Shown piece after piece: positions 43,899 through 59,121 of a stretch of 64,000 nt of DNA. The translations under genes were made by a program, and so were the position numbers. The DNA is taken from contig OZ024758.1 in the NCBI GenBank assembly GCA_964016885.1, forward strand, positions 19,220,001-19,284,000, given 5' to 3'. The notes beneath the pieces are model-generated. The model worked only from the letters and a program-made list of their open reading frames with translations, ran no database searches and had not been told where the DNA came from. Source of the DNA: Eledone cirrhosa. Taxonomy: Eukaryota. Within the stretch, counting starts at the first letter, position 1. The number at the start of each line of letters is the position of its first letter.

Positions 43899-44011
43899 AT
43901 TATAATACCATTATAAATGTTAAAGGATTGTAAATAAAACGAGTAAATCAGACAAAGTTGGAATTCCTCTTATTAATATAATCTTCTATACACAATGATA
44001 CACACTCGTGT

Positions 44012-44079
<68 letters not shown>

Positions 44080-44604
44080 ATCTATATATATATATATATA
44101 TATACATATATACGTGTGTGTGTATGCATGTATATGGAAGTTTGTATGTCTTGGATCTCCGTCAGTTAGTGGAGTGCGTGTTCTAGTTGCTGGATATGCT
44201 AACCACCTAGCTTATGCTTTACGGTACTCTATATATAGCGCGGCTTAAGTGAGCCATAGAGATGTTCACCACCGTGTGACAATTACTGACAATGTTTGTA
44301 TATTGAAACCTTGATAGGGTTTCTATATTTTCCATCCATCAAATGTTACTCAAAAAGTTTAGGCCGACACCACATTTTTGAATAATTCATTTGGCAAAGA
44401 AGTTATATATTGGGATCGAACCAGGAATAAATGACCCTGAAACGATCATCATAATCATTCGGCCCTGCTGGTGTTCATACACACATTCTATATACATTCT
44501 CCAATAACCATGATTTCGTCAATTTTCTTTGTATTTTAATGTATTCTTATTTACTCGAAAGTATACACATACACACACATACAGTCATATGCATAAAAAC
44601 AAAT

Positions 44605-45530
44605 ATCTACGCACAAATATAATCATGTGTATAAAGACGCGCATATACACAGGGATATACAGATATACAAATATCTACGCACACATATAATCATGTGTAT
44701 AAAGACGCGCATATACACAGGGATATACAGGTATACAAATATCTACGCACACATATAATCATGTGTATAAAGACGCGCATATACACAGGGATATACAGGT
44801 ATACAAATATCTACGCACACATATAATCATGTGTATAAAGACGCGCATATACACAGGGATATACAGGTATACAAATATCTACGCACACATATAATCATGT
44901 GTATAAAGACGCGCATATACACAGGGATATACAGGTATACAAATATCTACGCACACATATAATCATGTGTATAAAGATGCGCATATACACAGGGATATGC
45001 AGGTATACAAATATCTACGCACACATATAATCATGTGTATAAAGACGCGCATATACACAGGGATATACAGATATACAAATATCTACGCACACATATAATC
45101 ATGTGTATAAAGACGCGCATATACACAGGGATATACAGGTATACAAATATCTACGCACAGATATAGTCATATGTATAAAAACGCTCATATACACAGGGAT
45201 ATAAGGATATACATATATCTAGACACACACACTTATAGTCATATGTATAAAAACGCGCATATTCACAGTGATATATTTACGCACACATACAGTCATATAT
45301 ATAAAGACGCGCATATGCACAGGGTTATACGGATAAACACGTATCTACACACACATACATTCATTTGTATAAAAACGCGCATAAACACAGGGATATACGG
45401 ATAAACATATATCTACACACATACATTCATTTGTATAAAAACGCGCATATACACAGGGATATACGCACACATATAGTCATATGTATAAAAACATACGGAT
45501 ATACAGATATACATATATCTACTCACACAT
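44605..45530. repeat. 68-bp minisatellite
   Basis: ATCTACGCACACATATAATCATGTGTATAAAGACGCGCATATACACAGGGATATACAGGTATACAAAT at 44605, 44673, 44741...45149, decaying afterwards. Confidence 0.95.
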
Positions 45531-45785
45531 ACATAAGTATTCACATCTAGTCACTTATACAACAGAGCTTTTTCCCACGCTCAATCACCCTCTCGAATCC
45601 TGTCTCTCTGTGTGTCTAAGACGTATTTATCTTATCAGTATTCCCTTTGTTAACAAACCTGAGGCTATCTGCATAAATTGTTACACTGAATATTTTTTTT
45701 TTCGTATCAAAGAAAAGGCTCAATTGGACGTAAAGAACATCCTTTCACAATTATATTCCTCAAAGAGGCAAAACACCCACGCACG

Positions 45786-45861
<76 letters not shown>

Positions 45862-45864
45862 TAT

Positions 45865-45987
<123 letters not shown>

Positions 45988-46094
45988 ACTCTCTCTCGCT
46001 CTGTATAGATATATATATTATACACATAATTTCTTTTATGCAATTATATATACTCAAACACATACATACTATTATACAACCACACTCACACACA

Positions 46095-46173
<79 letters not shown>

Positions 46174-46862
46174 ATACACATATTCTTTGTTTCAATAACG
46201 AGGCAGATAACAATTACCATTTATAATCACTGTGTTTATTACAGGCAAGTACTTTCACAACATTTTCTGCATAAATCCCTCTATTTCAGCTGTTGGCATT
46301 GCTGTGATTATTATTGTTGTCGTTAAGTCATTTTCACTGAGGAGGCTGACATTTTGGGGGTTACTGTTGTTCTTCTTACATATTTTACTATAATATTATT
46401 TATTCATTCAACTATTTTTATCATAAACATCACATTCATGTCATTTTCATTACCAGTATATTTTCAAATTTTACTGCAAATTTTTCTTTTTCACTTTGCA
46501 TCTTCCTTTCTTTCTATCCTTCTCTCTCTCTCTCTTTCTCTCTCTCTATATATATCTATATATCTATATATATATCCCCCTATCCCTCCTTCCCTATCCC
46601 CCTCCCCCATCTTTCTCTCACTATCTATCTTATCTTCATCTTTATTGTATCCTGCTCACATTTTACTACATAGGAACTTATCATAACACAGTGTGTAAAA
46701 GAAAATACACTATACCATTAATTTTCAAATCTATTGTTGTGTAAAATTCTAACTAGATTCCATTCCTGTATTTTCTATTCATCGTTATGGTGTTTATTTT
46801 CATCCGTTTTCAAACATCTTTCAATTTAATGCTTGATATAAATCGCTCTTTATTTCTTGTTT

Positions 46863-47050
46863 GTGGATTGGCAGTATCGGTAGAGGGTCGGACGCCATGC
46901 TTTGCAGCAAAGAGTTACGGCCCTCTATGGTCTGAGTTCAAATCCCGCCGAGGTTAGCTTTGCCGTTCATCCTTACGAGGTTGATCAAATAAAGTACCAG
47001 TAATGTACTGGGATAATTGCTGGCTTTGTTCCAAAAGTAGGAATAATTAT
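46863..47050 (+). mobile_element. MetaSINE/MESC-type SINE
   Basis: Consensus match. Confidence 0.85.
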
Positions 47051-47540
47051 TTCTTGTTTGGTGCATATTGTCATTTTCCTGCTTCTCAAACCTACTAGAA
47101 ATTGTGGCCCAAAACACAATCAAAGCCTCATATTTTTTATCAATAGTCTTAAGTTTATTGCTAGATCTCTCTGTGTTACAAACACTTGTTGTTTCTATTG
47201 TATTAAGAGTAGTGTTCGTGATATGTATTCTCTGTCACATAGTGCTATATTCTGTATGCTGTACGTATTTGTTAGATTAGGGGATTGTGTTATGAACCGA
47301 TATTTGTACTTTTCGTCAATAACTCATAATTATAGGAAATTGTTTCTGTTTCATCACCAGCTTTCATGTTCTATCTATGTTCCTATCTTTATATTTGGAT
47401 ATTTTCCCTATTTACCTGACAGGTATATAACTGACCGTGGGGTTTATTATGTTAATTTGAATCTATTCCTTTTTCTGAGATATCTGTGTTAATTATATCG
47501 CCACTTGGTTTTTATCCCCCCTATTGTGACACTTGGTATA

Positions 47541-47680
47541 TCACAGGTATGATAGAACAAACAATAAAGGCGACAGACTATCTCCTTCGAAGATACCACA
47601 AATGATTTTCCCTCGTCCCAATGATTCTTTCACCGATGTTAAATCTGTGTCCCAGTTCTCCATGCTCTTGATTGATAGCT
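47541..47680 (-). pseudogene. LINE RT fragment (R4/Dong-like)
   Basis: GIFEGDSLSPLLFVL resembles the GIFQGDSLSPLLF motif. Confidence 0.6.
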
Positions 47681-47775
47681 GTCTACACAAAATACCAACA
47701 TCAACAGTTGTCCAAGAGATGTCAACATGAATGGACCTGTTATTTTTATCTAAAGACATTTTTTCAATTCCATCC

Positions 47776-47810
47776 AGGCCTGGTGAAGGACTAGCGTCCG
47801 AAACATTCAA
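47776..47810 (+). ncRNA. Degenerate hammerhead-like motif
   Basis: CUGGUGA-A-GGAC(UAGC)GUCC-GAAACAUU; core A6 mutated and stem I not evident. Confidence 0.35.
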
Positions 47811-47918
47811 ACGTTCTTCCTGTTATTTCAAACGTTAACCTAACATATTCCTTCCATATACTGTACCGATTGTGTTGTTATTTTTGTTTAACTTTTACAC
47901 ACACACACTCACATACAT

Positions 47919-47972
<54 letters not shown>

Positions 47973-49699
47973 ATATATATATGTATATACATAGAGAGAG
48001 AGAGAGATAGAGAGAGAGATATATAGAGAGAGAGAGCGATGTATGTAACAACACAACGGCTCATATACAAAGTAAGCAACAATTGCGCAACGTATATATT
48101 ATAAATGAAGTGGTTTGAAGCAACTGCACATTAACCCTTTAAATCAATTTATATTACACAATATTCAAACCTATTTGACACAAAATAACGTAACTGTCTG
48201 TACTCAGACCATCTACTTTGGCTGTCTGATTTGTGACGATTACACTACAAAACTGGATAATGCCTTATATCTTATAGGACAGTGTATCAGTATTATATTA
48301 TGGCAAATCATTTTGGAAGATAGTTATGACTACTCTGAAGGCGGTTTCGATATTATTTCTTCTAGGTCGAAGTACCATCTACAACCTCCTTCATTGCTTC
48401 GTTTCATGTTAGATAGAAAAAATGTTACAAAAAACAAACAAAAATGAACTGCATATATTTCTCCCATTCTTCTTACGTTGCTTCAATTTCTTGGGATCAT
48501 GCTGGAATTATTTCTTGAGAGAAAAGCCTTTTTTCCTGCACCACATGTCATTCTGTAGTAATATTTCTTTTTTAAGCAGAAATATGTTCATTTTATCTGC
48601 TTGAACTACACGTCATGTTTTATTTTTGATAATAACTCTTCCATGCTATGTATATTGTATTTCTGTCAAGCTTAAAATATTGTGTTATATGCGTAGCCGC
48701 GAATAAAACACAATATACCGCTTGAGTTACCACATGATTTCTGAATAATATTTTGATTATCTGCTTCAAGAATTGTTCAGAAACATGTATATTATATTTC
48801 CCACTTTTTTTATTCATTCGTATTTCTTCTCTTATTTTTATTTTTCTTCTACTTGGTCTCATATTCCTCTACACGAAGTTATTTATATTTCTTATTGTTG
48901 TCTTCTATATAATTGAAAGCTGTGGGGATTTTCAACATACACACTATGATTATATATTTAGAGATATCCGTCTTGTTTGAAATAATGCCCATAGTAAAAG
49001 TAAGCGCCAGTTCGATCCGTATAAATTATAACTAACATGAAGCAACAGCATGTTAATCTTTTAATGTAATTGATAATAAATTTGATAACCTCACTGACCA
49101 TCATTGACTCACAATGACCCCAAATTAAGTAAATGTCCGTAGCAGACCATGTATGTTTTCTGAGTTATTTCTGACGGCTACACTACATAGTTAGATAATA
49201 GGTTTCACCGTTTTTTTTTTAGTGCAAGACAGCCGAATCTTGAACAATTTTGTAATTATAATATCTCTGGTTGTTAACATTTGCAAGTTTGATTTACCAA
49301 AGTCATGTGTAGACCCAATGCATGGGGTTTATATTGACTAAACATAAACTTATTAAAGACTCGAGGGGTTGACTCTACCTGTACTTAAAAGGGGTAGCAT
49401 TGTCACACATTGATCGAATAACGGGAACATTTATCGTCAAACCTGAAGGAAGCTTATTCCATTCTATAATCCATTTAAACATTAACATTCCTTGCAAGGT
49501 TTCAATATCCAGGCTGTAGTAGTTGTCTTTGATTTGGCTAGATTGTGTAAATTTATAAAAGGGGTTGAACGTTTTCAGTCTGCTACATTTTATACTGTCA
49601 CGCTGTGTAGTAGCAGTAGATTTAATTTCTCTTCAAACTTTGAATAACAATTTTCAGTTTTTTGAAATGTTTAATCATAAGGAAAAGAAAACTGCAGAC

Positions 49700-50530
49700 G
49701 GATTGAATTACTACAGAGAGATTATAGAAATAAATGCAAAGAATAAAGTAATACTCATTAAAACTATAAATATCCCAGTAATAAACTACACTTTTAATAT
49801 TCTAAATTGGGCACTGAATTAAGAGAAATCGACAGAAACAAAACAATTAATGATTCGATTAAGAATACACCATACTAAATAACATGTCAAAAGATGATTC
49901 CTATCCCAAACACAAAGAGAAAGATACCATATGTAACTAGAAAACTATTATCAAACAATTACGGTAGGTCTACAAAAATATTAAGTAAAATATGAAGTTA
50001 ATAGGCATCACCAGAAACATGGACAAAACGAAATGTTGGTTTCTTATTGTAAGGAAGTCAACAAATACAAAATTGAAGCAAAGAAGAAACAACAGAAATT
50101 ATGAAAATGATAAAATGTAAACTGAAAATGAACCTCCAGAATGTCATGCTAATACGAAGGGCAAGAAAAACATGGTCAATACGAGAAAACACAGAATAGG
50201 GAGGGAGTATCAAGTACAAGAAGCTACGTAGCACTGGACTAGAAGCAAGTGAAGAGGTATTGGTCTTGTTCTGGGATTAGAAATCTCAGGACAAGATTGA
50301 AGAATCTTCACCAGAAACCATTGGAAGTACATAATGCTGCAGAACACAGTGAATACGTATGATGTGGTTTGGGAAGACATTATCCTTGGCTGTCCATTCT
50401 TAACAAAAAGGAATATATCCGCAGACACAATATAGTAGGGATATACATACACTGAATGTTATGACAAACTTACCAAATAGAAAGAGAAATGAGATGGTAC
50501 AAACACACACCAGAAGAGGAAACATAAACT
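49700..50530 (+). mobile_element. Highly decayed R4/Dong-like LINE segment
   Basis: EINAKNKVILIKTINIPVINYTFNILNW resembles the post-RT thumb region; many stops. Confidence 0.5.
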
Positions 50531-50552
50531 GGGACATGTCAAAACACGTATA

Positions 50553-50599
<47 letters not shown>

Positions 50600-50640
50600 G
50601 GGAGTAAAACAAAGAAGCCTTTAATACATCACAAGTTTTT

Positions 50641-50686
50641 ATTAGCCGACAATGTTTCGTCTTATTAAGGACTCATCAGGGCAATT
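50641..50686 (-). ncRNA. Minimal type I hammerhead ribozyme in a ~165-bp TA-flanked insert (50597-50763)
   Basis: Minus strand GCC-CUGAUGA-GUC(CUUAAUAA)GAC-GAAA-CAUUG-UC-GGC; canonical core and GUC cleavage triplet. Confidence 0.85.
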
Positions 50687-50760
50687 AAAACAACAAGAGG
50701 TAATATCGGCAGATACAAGCCGGAAGCTTGTTTAACTCCAACACGCTCCAGTATTTTAAT

Positions 50761-50797
<37 letters not shown>

Positions 50798-50869
50798 GTT
50801 TATATATATAATGTTTATATATATATATATGTTTATATAATGTTTATATATATAATGTATATATATATA

Positions 50870-50908
<39 letters not shown>

Positions 50909-50932
50909 GTATATATATATTATATATACATA

Positions 50933-51122
50933 AGGGCGGTGGATTGGCAATATCGGTAGAGGGTCGGACGCCATGCTTTCCAGCATAGTTACGTCCCTTT
51001 ACGATCTGAGTTCAAATCCCGCCGAGGTTGACTTTGCCTTTCATCCTTACGGGGTCGATAAAATAAAGTACCAGTAATGCACTGGATAATTGCTGGCCTT
51101 GTGCCTAAAGTAGAAACAATTA
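50933..51122 (+). mobile_element. MetaSINE/MESC-type SINE, full length
   Basis: A-box-like TGGCAATATCGG, B-box GAGTTCAAATCCC, Meta-like domain, ACAATTAT tail. Confidence 0.9.
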
Positions 51123-51131
51123 TATATACAT

Positions 51132-51171
<40 letters not shown>

Positions 51172-51636
51172 CACTATATGTATATATATATATAATGTAT
51201 ATATATATTATATATATAGTATATATACATACAATATATGTATACACACATATATATATATAATGTATATATCTATTATATATACATACAATATATATAT
51301 ACATATATATATACATACACTATATGTATATATATATAATGTATTTATATATATTATATATGTATATACTATATATGTATTCATATATATATAATGTATT
51401 TACATATATTATATATAAATACAATATATGTATTCATATATATATAATGTATATATATATATTACATATACATACAATATATGTATACATATATATACAT
51501 GTATATATATATATTATATATACATACAATATATGTAAACATTTATATATATTATATATATATATATTATATATACATACAATCAATGTATACACACACA
51601 TATATATATATATATATGTATACACACGCACACACA

Positions 51637-51670
<34 letters not shown>

Positions 51671-51681
51671 AATATACAAAT

Positions 51682-51742
<61 letters not shown>

Positions 51743-51806
51743 TGACAGACACAAACAAAAAACAAATACGCATATATATATGTATAAGCATTATTTATAC
51801 CCCATA

Positions 51807-51998
51807 GGGCGGTGAATTGGCAGTATCGGTAGAGGGTTGGACGCCATGCTTTGACGCATAGAGTTACGGCCCTTGCCATTCTGAGTTCAAATCCCGCCGA
51901 GGTTAACTTTGCCTTTCATCCTTACGGGGTCGATAAAATAAAGTACCAGTAATGCACTGGGTAATTGCTGGCCTTGTGCCTAAAGTAGAAACAATTAT
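51807..51998 (+). mobile_element. MetaSINE/MESC-type SINE, full length
   Basis: Near-consensus copy. Confidence 0.9.
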
Positions 51999-52899
51999 TT
52001 ATACCCCTTTGTTTCTCGTGCGTGAACATCGACCGTTTCGTAGGTGTACGTTTGTGTTTATATTTTTATAACTATATTTGTTTGTATGAAAATTCTAAGT
52101 CTAGGAATGAGTATAGCCTTACGTATTTTACTATTTCTTCATCTTATCTTACTTTCCTTTTTGTCATCAACATCATCATTAACGTCATCATCAGTATCGC
52201 ATTCATCTTCATCATCTTCTTTCTGCTCTCTTCTTTCTTGATCCTCTTTTTCTGCTTTATCTTCTTGTATTTCTTCTCCCTCTTCTTCTTATTTGTCTTT
52301 TGTTTCTACCTTTATTTCTTTATTTCTTCTCCCCAAAGTACTTTTCCCCCACCACAGTATTGTTTGTACAGTTTTATTACAGCTACAGTAGATTTACGAC
52401 TGTCTTCTTTTATTACATTTACAATTTATTTTCCATATAACGTATATATTCAGATGATTTTATTTATTAATAATTTCTTTTCTTTATCCTTCTCTCTTTT
52501 TTTCTGTCTATATGGTTGTCCTCCTTCGAATAATATCGGGGTGAAATCATGGAACTACTGGCGTACATCTTTACCATAAAATGAAATGAAAAACGTAACG
52601 TATTGAAAATGTTTGTTTTAATATATTACATTTAATACACTTATAATAAACATCATTTAAATGAACTAAAATATCATAGATATTAAGATCATCCATTGTG
52701 CAACCTAATCCATTTATATAATATATTCCGGTGTCCTGAAGAAGAGAGGAGTAACAGATCTTATGAAAGCTACGTTGATATCCCAATGGCCATCAAAAAC
52801 TAACTTTTCTGTGCTATTAATAACAAGAATACAGAAATAACGACATTTAAGATATATATAATAACAAAGCCAAGAGTCTTAATTCATCAAACATCAACA

Positions 52900-53193
52900 A
52901 TGAAACACAGAACAATTGTAATTTGCCAACGGCGATGGATACTCCTCTGTACTTTTTTCATATTATGTAACATAGCCTTAAATGGGAAAACAGAGGCTTA
53001 CACAAAATACCATTGCCATTTTCCCAAATTTCTTGAGGTTCCTGAAGGATGGTCAGTCCAATATACCAATGGAAATCACAAAGCAATATTTAAAAAAGGA
53101 AAGGTTGATGCAAAAACTTGTGTTACTCAGTGCCAGGAGTTCGTTAGATATTGCCAAGAAGAAAAAGAAAGCGGAAAATATGTCGTCTCACAG
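52900..53193 (+). CDS. Coding exon 1 of a secreted/GPI-type cysteine-rich protein (98 codons, signal peptide)
   Basis: ATG, basic n-region, hydrophobic WILLCTFFILCNIAL, then CHFPKFL..W; donor CAG|GTAAGA in phase 0. Confidence 0.85.
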
Positions 53194-53706
53194 GTAAGAT
53201 TACTGAATTTGTTATACATTTAGATTTCTTTATATATAGGGTGTTCCCCAAAAATGTATAAATACTATTGCCTGTACATGTAATCAAAGTGTGTATACAT
53301 GTCGAGGACACACACTGTATTTTGTATGTTTGGCGCTCCATACTCGCCTATTCGCAGTGTCTTTAGCGCATCCGTATTTGTACCTGGGTTTGATGGTCTA
53401 ACTTCAAATACCATCCAATTTAACTTATCCCTTCATTCTTCCAAGAAGAGTAGAAACAGTACTATTATATAGACCGTGGAATGGCACCATTTGTAAACAG
53501 TCGGATCATAATTTTTCATATCTGTTCCGAATCTCATAGTTTGAGCTCAAATCTGCCTCCTACTGCTATTGGTCGCTCGGTCTGACGATCGGACATTTTT
53601 CTTTCGAATATTTTGAATTTTACAAATTATTTCTTTTCTTTCTTCGTATAAGTTTACATGCTATTCGGAAAATATACTAACCTATACACGGGAAGAATAA
53701 GACACA

Positions 53707-54232
<526 letters not shown>

Positions 54233-54712
54233 TATATATTTAAAAAATCATAATCGTCACTATTCGTTCAGCTGGCACTTAGCTTGGCATCACTTTTCCA
54301 TTTAATGTTGCGTCATCTAAAATCACTCATTATTATCTTTATAAAACTGATTTCATTCTTCCCGTTGGTATCCTGCCCGTGTGTGAATTGTGCATGCACG
54401 TTTGCTTATGTGTATGTGTCCGTATGTGAATAACTGTGTTTATCATAGACACTCAATCTGTTCTAACGACGAATTTGGGAACTGGTTGTTTGTCAGAAGA
54501 GCTAGTTTGAGCAATTAACGTAAACATTGCAGACGCATTCACATTAAACATTCAGTGTGTTACGGGTGGCTCTGTTTGATATAGTTAAAATGTATTTTTT
54601 CCCTTCTAGAACAATGAGAAATGAAGTATATTTCTGTAAGTTCCTTTGTGCCACGATGAATGGAACTTCCACATAACTCTTTCATCACCATAGTCATATA
54701 CACTGATCCTTA

Positions 54713-55085
54713 TGTGGATTGGCAGTATCGCTAGAGGGTCGGACGCCACGCTTTCCAGCATAGTTACGTCCCTTTACGCTCTGAGTTCAAATCCCGCCGA
54801 GGTTAACTTTGCCTTTCATCCTCACGGGGTCGATAAAGTAAAGTACCAGTAATGCACTGGGTAATTGCTGGCCTTGTGCCTAAAGTAGAAATAATTATGT
54901 GGATTGGCAGTATCGGTAGAGTGTCTGACGTCATCCTTTGCAGTAGAGAGTTACGTCTCTTTATGATCTGATTTCAAATCCCACCGAAGTTAACTTTGCC
55001 TTTCATCCTCATGGTCTCGATAAAATAAAGTACCAGTAATGCACTGGGGAATTTGCTGACCTTGTGCCAAAAGTAGAAACAACTA
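54713..55085 (+). mobile_element. MetaSINE/MESC-type SINE head-to-tail dimer (intronic)
   Basis: Two abutting copies. Confidence 0.88.
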
Positions 55086-55239
55086 TATTAATGGAAGAAA
55101 AAAATTCGCGTCTTATAACTTAAGAAAACACCAACAGATTTATTGGTATCACGCTCTGAATTTTGTCATCCAGCGCAAGTTGATGAAATGTCAGTGGCGG
55201 TTTCAAGTAATATACGTGATTTACTTGTTTCTAATGCAC

Positions 55240-55677
55240 TAACTGGGTGTGAGAACTGGAAACATTTGGCAGAAAGATAGAGAAGGATTCGGGCGTTTGG
55301 GGACAAATGCATGAGAACATTACTTCGTATTTTCTATCGGGAACATAAAACTAATTAATACGTGCGGAGGAAGATGTAAAGATTTGTAGGTCACCAGGAA
55401 TTTCTCCTCGCCACTGCCAAGAGAAGGAAACTGGTCTGGTTTGGCCACGTCCCACGACATAACAGATTGTGCAAGACTATCAAACAAGGCACCGTTGAAG
55501 GTGGACGCATGAGGGGACTCCGACGCAAAATCTGGTTGGACATTGTCAAAGAATGAACGCAAATGACACAAGAATTATTGACGGCCTATGTTTATAGTCT
55601 AATGTGAGTGTGTGCTGCCTCTACAGAAGTCAAGGGAGTGACGATGACGATGATGATGATGATGATGATGATGATGA
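55240..55677 (+). mobile_element. RTE/BovB-like LINE 3' end
   Basis: RIRAFGDKCMRTLLRI...KRRKLVWFGHV...IKQGTVEGGR..G..RKIWLD with stops; (GAT)n tail. Confidence 0.85.
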
Positions 55678-56818
55678 AGGTTCTAAATACTAGAGGTTTT
55701 TTGCTTTCAGGCATAACTAAGTTCAGAATCGAATCTCAATTTTCACAGCTTATACATTTACTATTTATACTATCTTAATTTCCAAAAAAAAAATATCAGA
55801 TAGGTACTATGATTTTACGTAGAAAAAGGCATTCACTTGTCAAAAGCTAATGCATGTAGCACTAAACATGAAAATACTGCATTTTGTTTTAAAGTGTTTT
55901 TATAGACGCTAAGTATATCTCACTTGAGAGATATCAATATTAACAATATGAACAATTACATTCACTACATTTCAACGTTTGCATTAGAAAAACATATTTT
56001 TTTGTAAATAGGTCTTAAAAAACATAGTAAATACTGAATATTTCACATGTTTTAATTCCCGCTGATTAATATTTCACAACTCCATTCAGTGATTGATGTA
56101 AAAAAGAATCGATATCATCACCTGATTCTCATTATAAGCTTCCAACAGAGGTTTGTCTTTGAAAGATGTTGAATATATGTTATTTTTAAATGTTCCTTTA
56201 ATACAGACTACTTTAAAATTTATTATTGAACTTTATTGGCGCATTCAGTTTGTAAGACTTTATACACTTGATTAATATTGATTTTGATCACTGTCGTCTT
56301 TTAGAGAATACATAGTAACATTTTACAACGATATTACAAAAGTTTAATTATTAACAGTAACATTATAGAACATAGTTGTTCATTTGCAAAGGCATACACC
56401 ATTATATCGAGTCTTTGTTATAAACAAACAATTGAATTGAACTCCATAATAGTGAATCTTATGGTCACAAGTGAATGCAGTCTTCTCTTTTGACTTAGTT
56501 ACAAACCTCTCTCATATCGAATTTATGTAACCTTTTGTCTGGGAACATAACGTCTGTACTCTCGTGAAAATTACAAACTATTCGTACGCCATTAAAGAAA
56601 AAGTGATTAAAATCCGTTTAACAATAGGACATAGTTTATATGTATATATATGTATATGTATATATATATATGTTTGTATATATGTATATATATATATATA
56701 TATGTATATGTATATATATGTATATATTAATATGTATATATGTATATATGTATATGTATATATATGTATATATTTATATGTATATGTGTATATAAATATG
56801 TATATCTATATATATATG

Positions 56819-56852
<34 letters not shown>

Positions 56853-56874
56853 TGTCTATATATATATATATATA

Positions 56875-56939
<65 letters not shown>

Positions 56940-56996
56940 GTATATATATATATGTATATATATATATATGTATATATATATATGTATATATATATG

Positions 56997-57027
<31 letters not shown>

Positions 57028-57039
57028 GTATATATATAT

Positions 57040-57260
57040 AAAAGGAACGATCGACTTTCGTCAAATCAGACCGAGGGAACAATGTTTCCGTTGGTCTTTC
57101 CAATTGCTAATACTATCTATCGGTCGCAACTCCAGGTAGAAGGAGCAACGTGAAATAAAGTGTCTTGCTCAAGGACATAACGCATCGCCTGGTCCAGGAA
57201 TCGAACTCACAACCTTACGATTGCGAATATAATTCTCTAACCACTCAGCCACACGGCTTC
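57040..57260 (-). mobile_element. tRNA-derived CORE-type SINE
   Basis: Minus strand A box TGGCTGAGTGG, B box GTTCGATTCC, CORE-like TGTCCTTGAGCAAGACACTTTA. Confidence 0.75.
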
Positions 57261-57286
57261 ATATATATATATATATATATGTACAT

Positions 57287-57319
<33 letters not shown>

Positions 57320-57340
57320 CATGTACATATATATGTACAC

Positions 57341-57373
<33 letters not shown>

Positions 57374-57388
57374 AATATATGTACATAT

Positions 57389-57443
<55 letters not shown>

Positions 57444-57557
57444 TATATATGTACATATATATATGTATATGCATATATATATATATATGTACATATGTAT
57501 ATGTATATATATATATATGTACATATATATATGTATATGTACATATATATATGTATA

Positions 57558-57621
<64 letters not shown>

Positions 57622-57641
57622 TATATATATATATATATATA

Positions 57642-57683
<42 letters not shown>

Positions 57684-57743
57684 TATATATATATATATGT
57701 ACATATATATATATATATATGTACATATATATATATATATATA

Positions 57744-57833
<90 letters not shown>

Positions 57834-57848
57834 TATATATATATACAC

Positions 57849-57943
<95 letters not shown>

Positions 57944-57983
57944 TATATATATATATATATGTACATATATATATATATATATA

Positions 57984-58103
<120 letters not shown>

Positions 58104-58129
58104 TATATATACATATATATATATATATA

Positions 58130-58170
<41 letters not shown>

Positions 58171-59121
58171 TGAATCTAATTTCCTCAAACTAAATATTTA
58201 TAATGATAATAACATACCAACGTATGTGCAAATATATGTTATATGTATCTATCGGTATATTTCTCTGTCGCACTATTAGTATAATGTTTGTGGTAGATAC
58301 TAATACTTCAATTTAAACTGTTTTTGATACGAAATTCGTATTCATTGTTATAATGTAATACGACAGATCAAAAAGTAGTTTATAAATTATTCGTCTGTTA
58401 TTTAAGTATATGAAAGATTTTTACATCTAGTCCATATTAGATCATTTACACATATTTGCTATTATATTCGTGTGATATAATCTTCGTGATCATGTATGCT
58501 TACCATACGTTTTATATACCGTTAACCATGTATAAAACTACATTAGATCCAATACTCTCACTAAGCTGTGATCAAATTTTAAATTTACATTTAGTTTCTT
58601 TATTCAATACGTGATACTAAAATCAACGTTTGTTTGCAATATTAAAAGAAACTAACAGATGGTCTCGAAATACAAAGCAGTCTATTACTTTAGAAAATGG
58701 CTGCACATAATTGAATTCTTGTAGAGAATGTACATTAAGGCTTGCTATTTCCTTGTGCACTGGGAAATGCTTTGTAAACATTTACAAACCATTAAAATGT
58801 TTTCTTTTGAGATTAGTACATACATACTAAAACACATACAAAAACACATGCGCCCAAACACAAATGCACACATCGACCACCCACAAACATTTAAAGCACT
58901 CAGACACACTCACACATACCACCACCGGTAGAGCATCAGACAACATGGTTTTCACCGTATAGCCCTTAACAATATGTGATCAAATCACGCAAGGGTTAGC
59001 TTAGCATTTCATTCTTATGGGATCGATAAAATAAAGAACCACTCCCGCACTTAGGTAGAAATAATTGACTTTCCCCTACACCAAAAATTGCTGGAAGTGT
59101 GCCTATAGTTGAAATGAGTAT

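Noticed and set aside
44605-45530. Regularly spaced repeats as a possible CRISPR array
   Set aside because: Units are contiguous with no unique spacers; eukaryotic minisatellite
52731-52781. CTGAAGA...GAAA upstream of the gene start as a hammerhead
   Set aside because: Stem II and stem III pair poorly and stem I relies on wobbles; likely chance
57180-57260. tRNA-like A/B boxes as a tRNA gene
   Set aside because: Continues into a CORE-like domain; it is a SINE head
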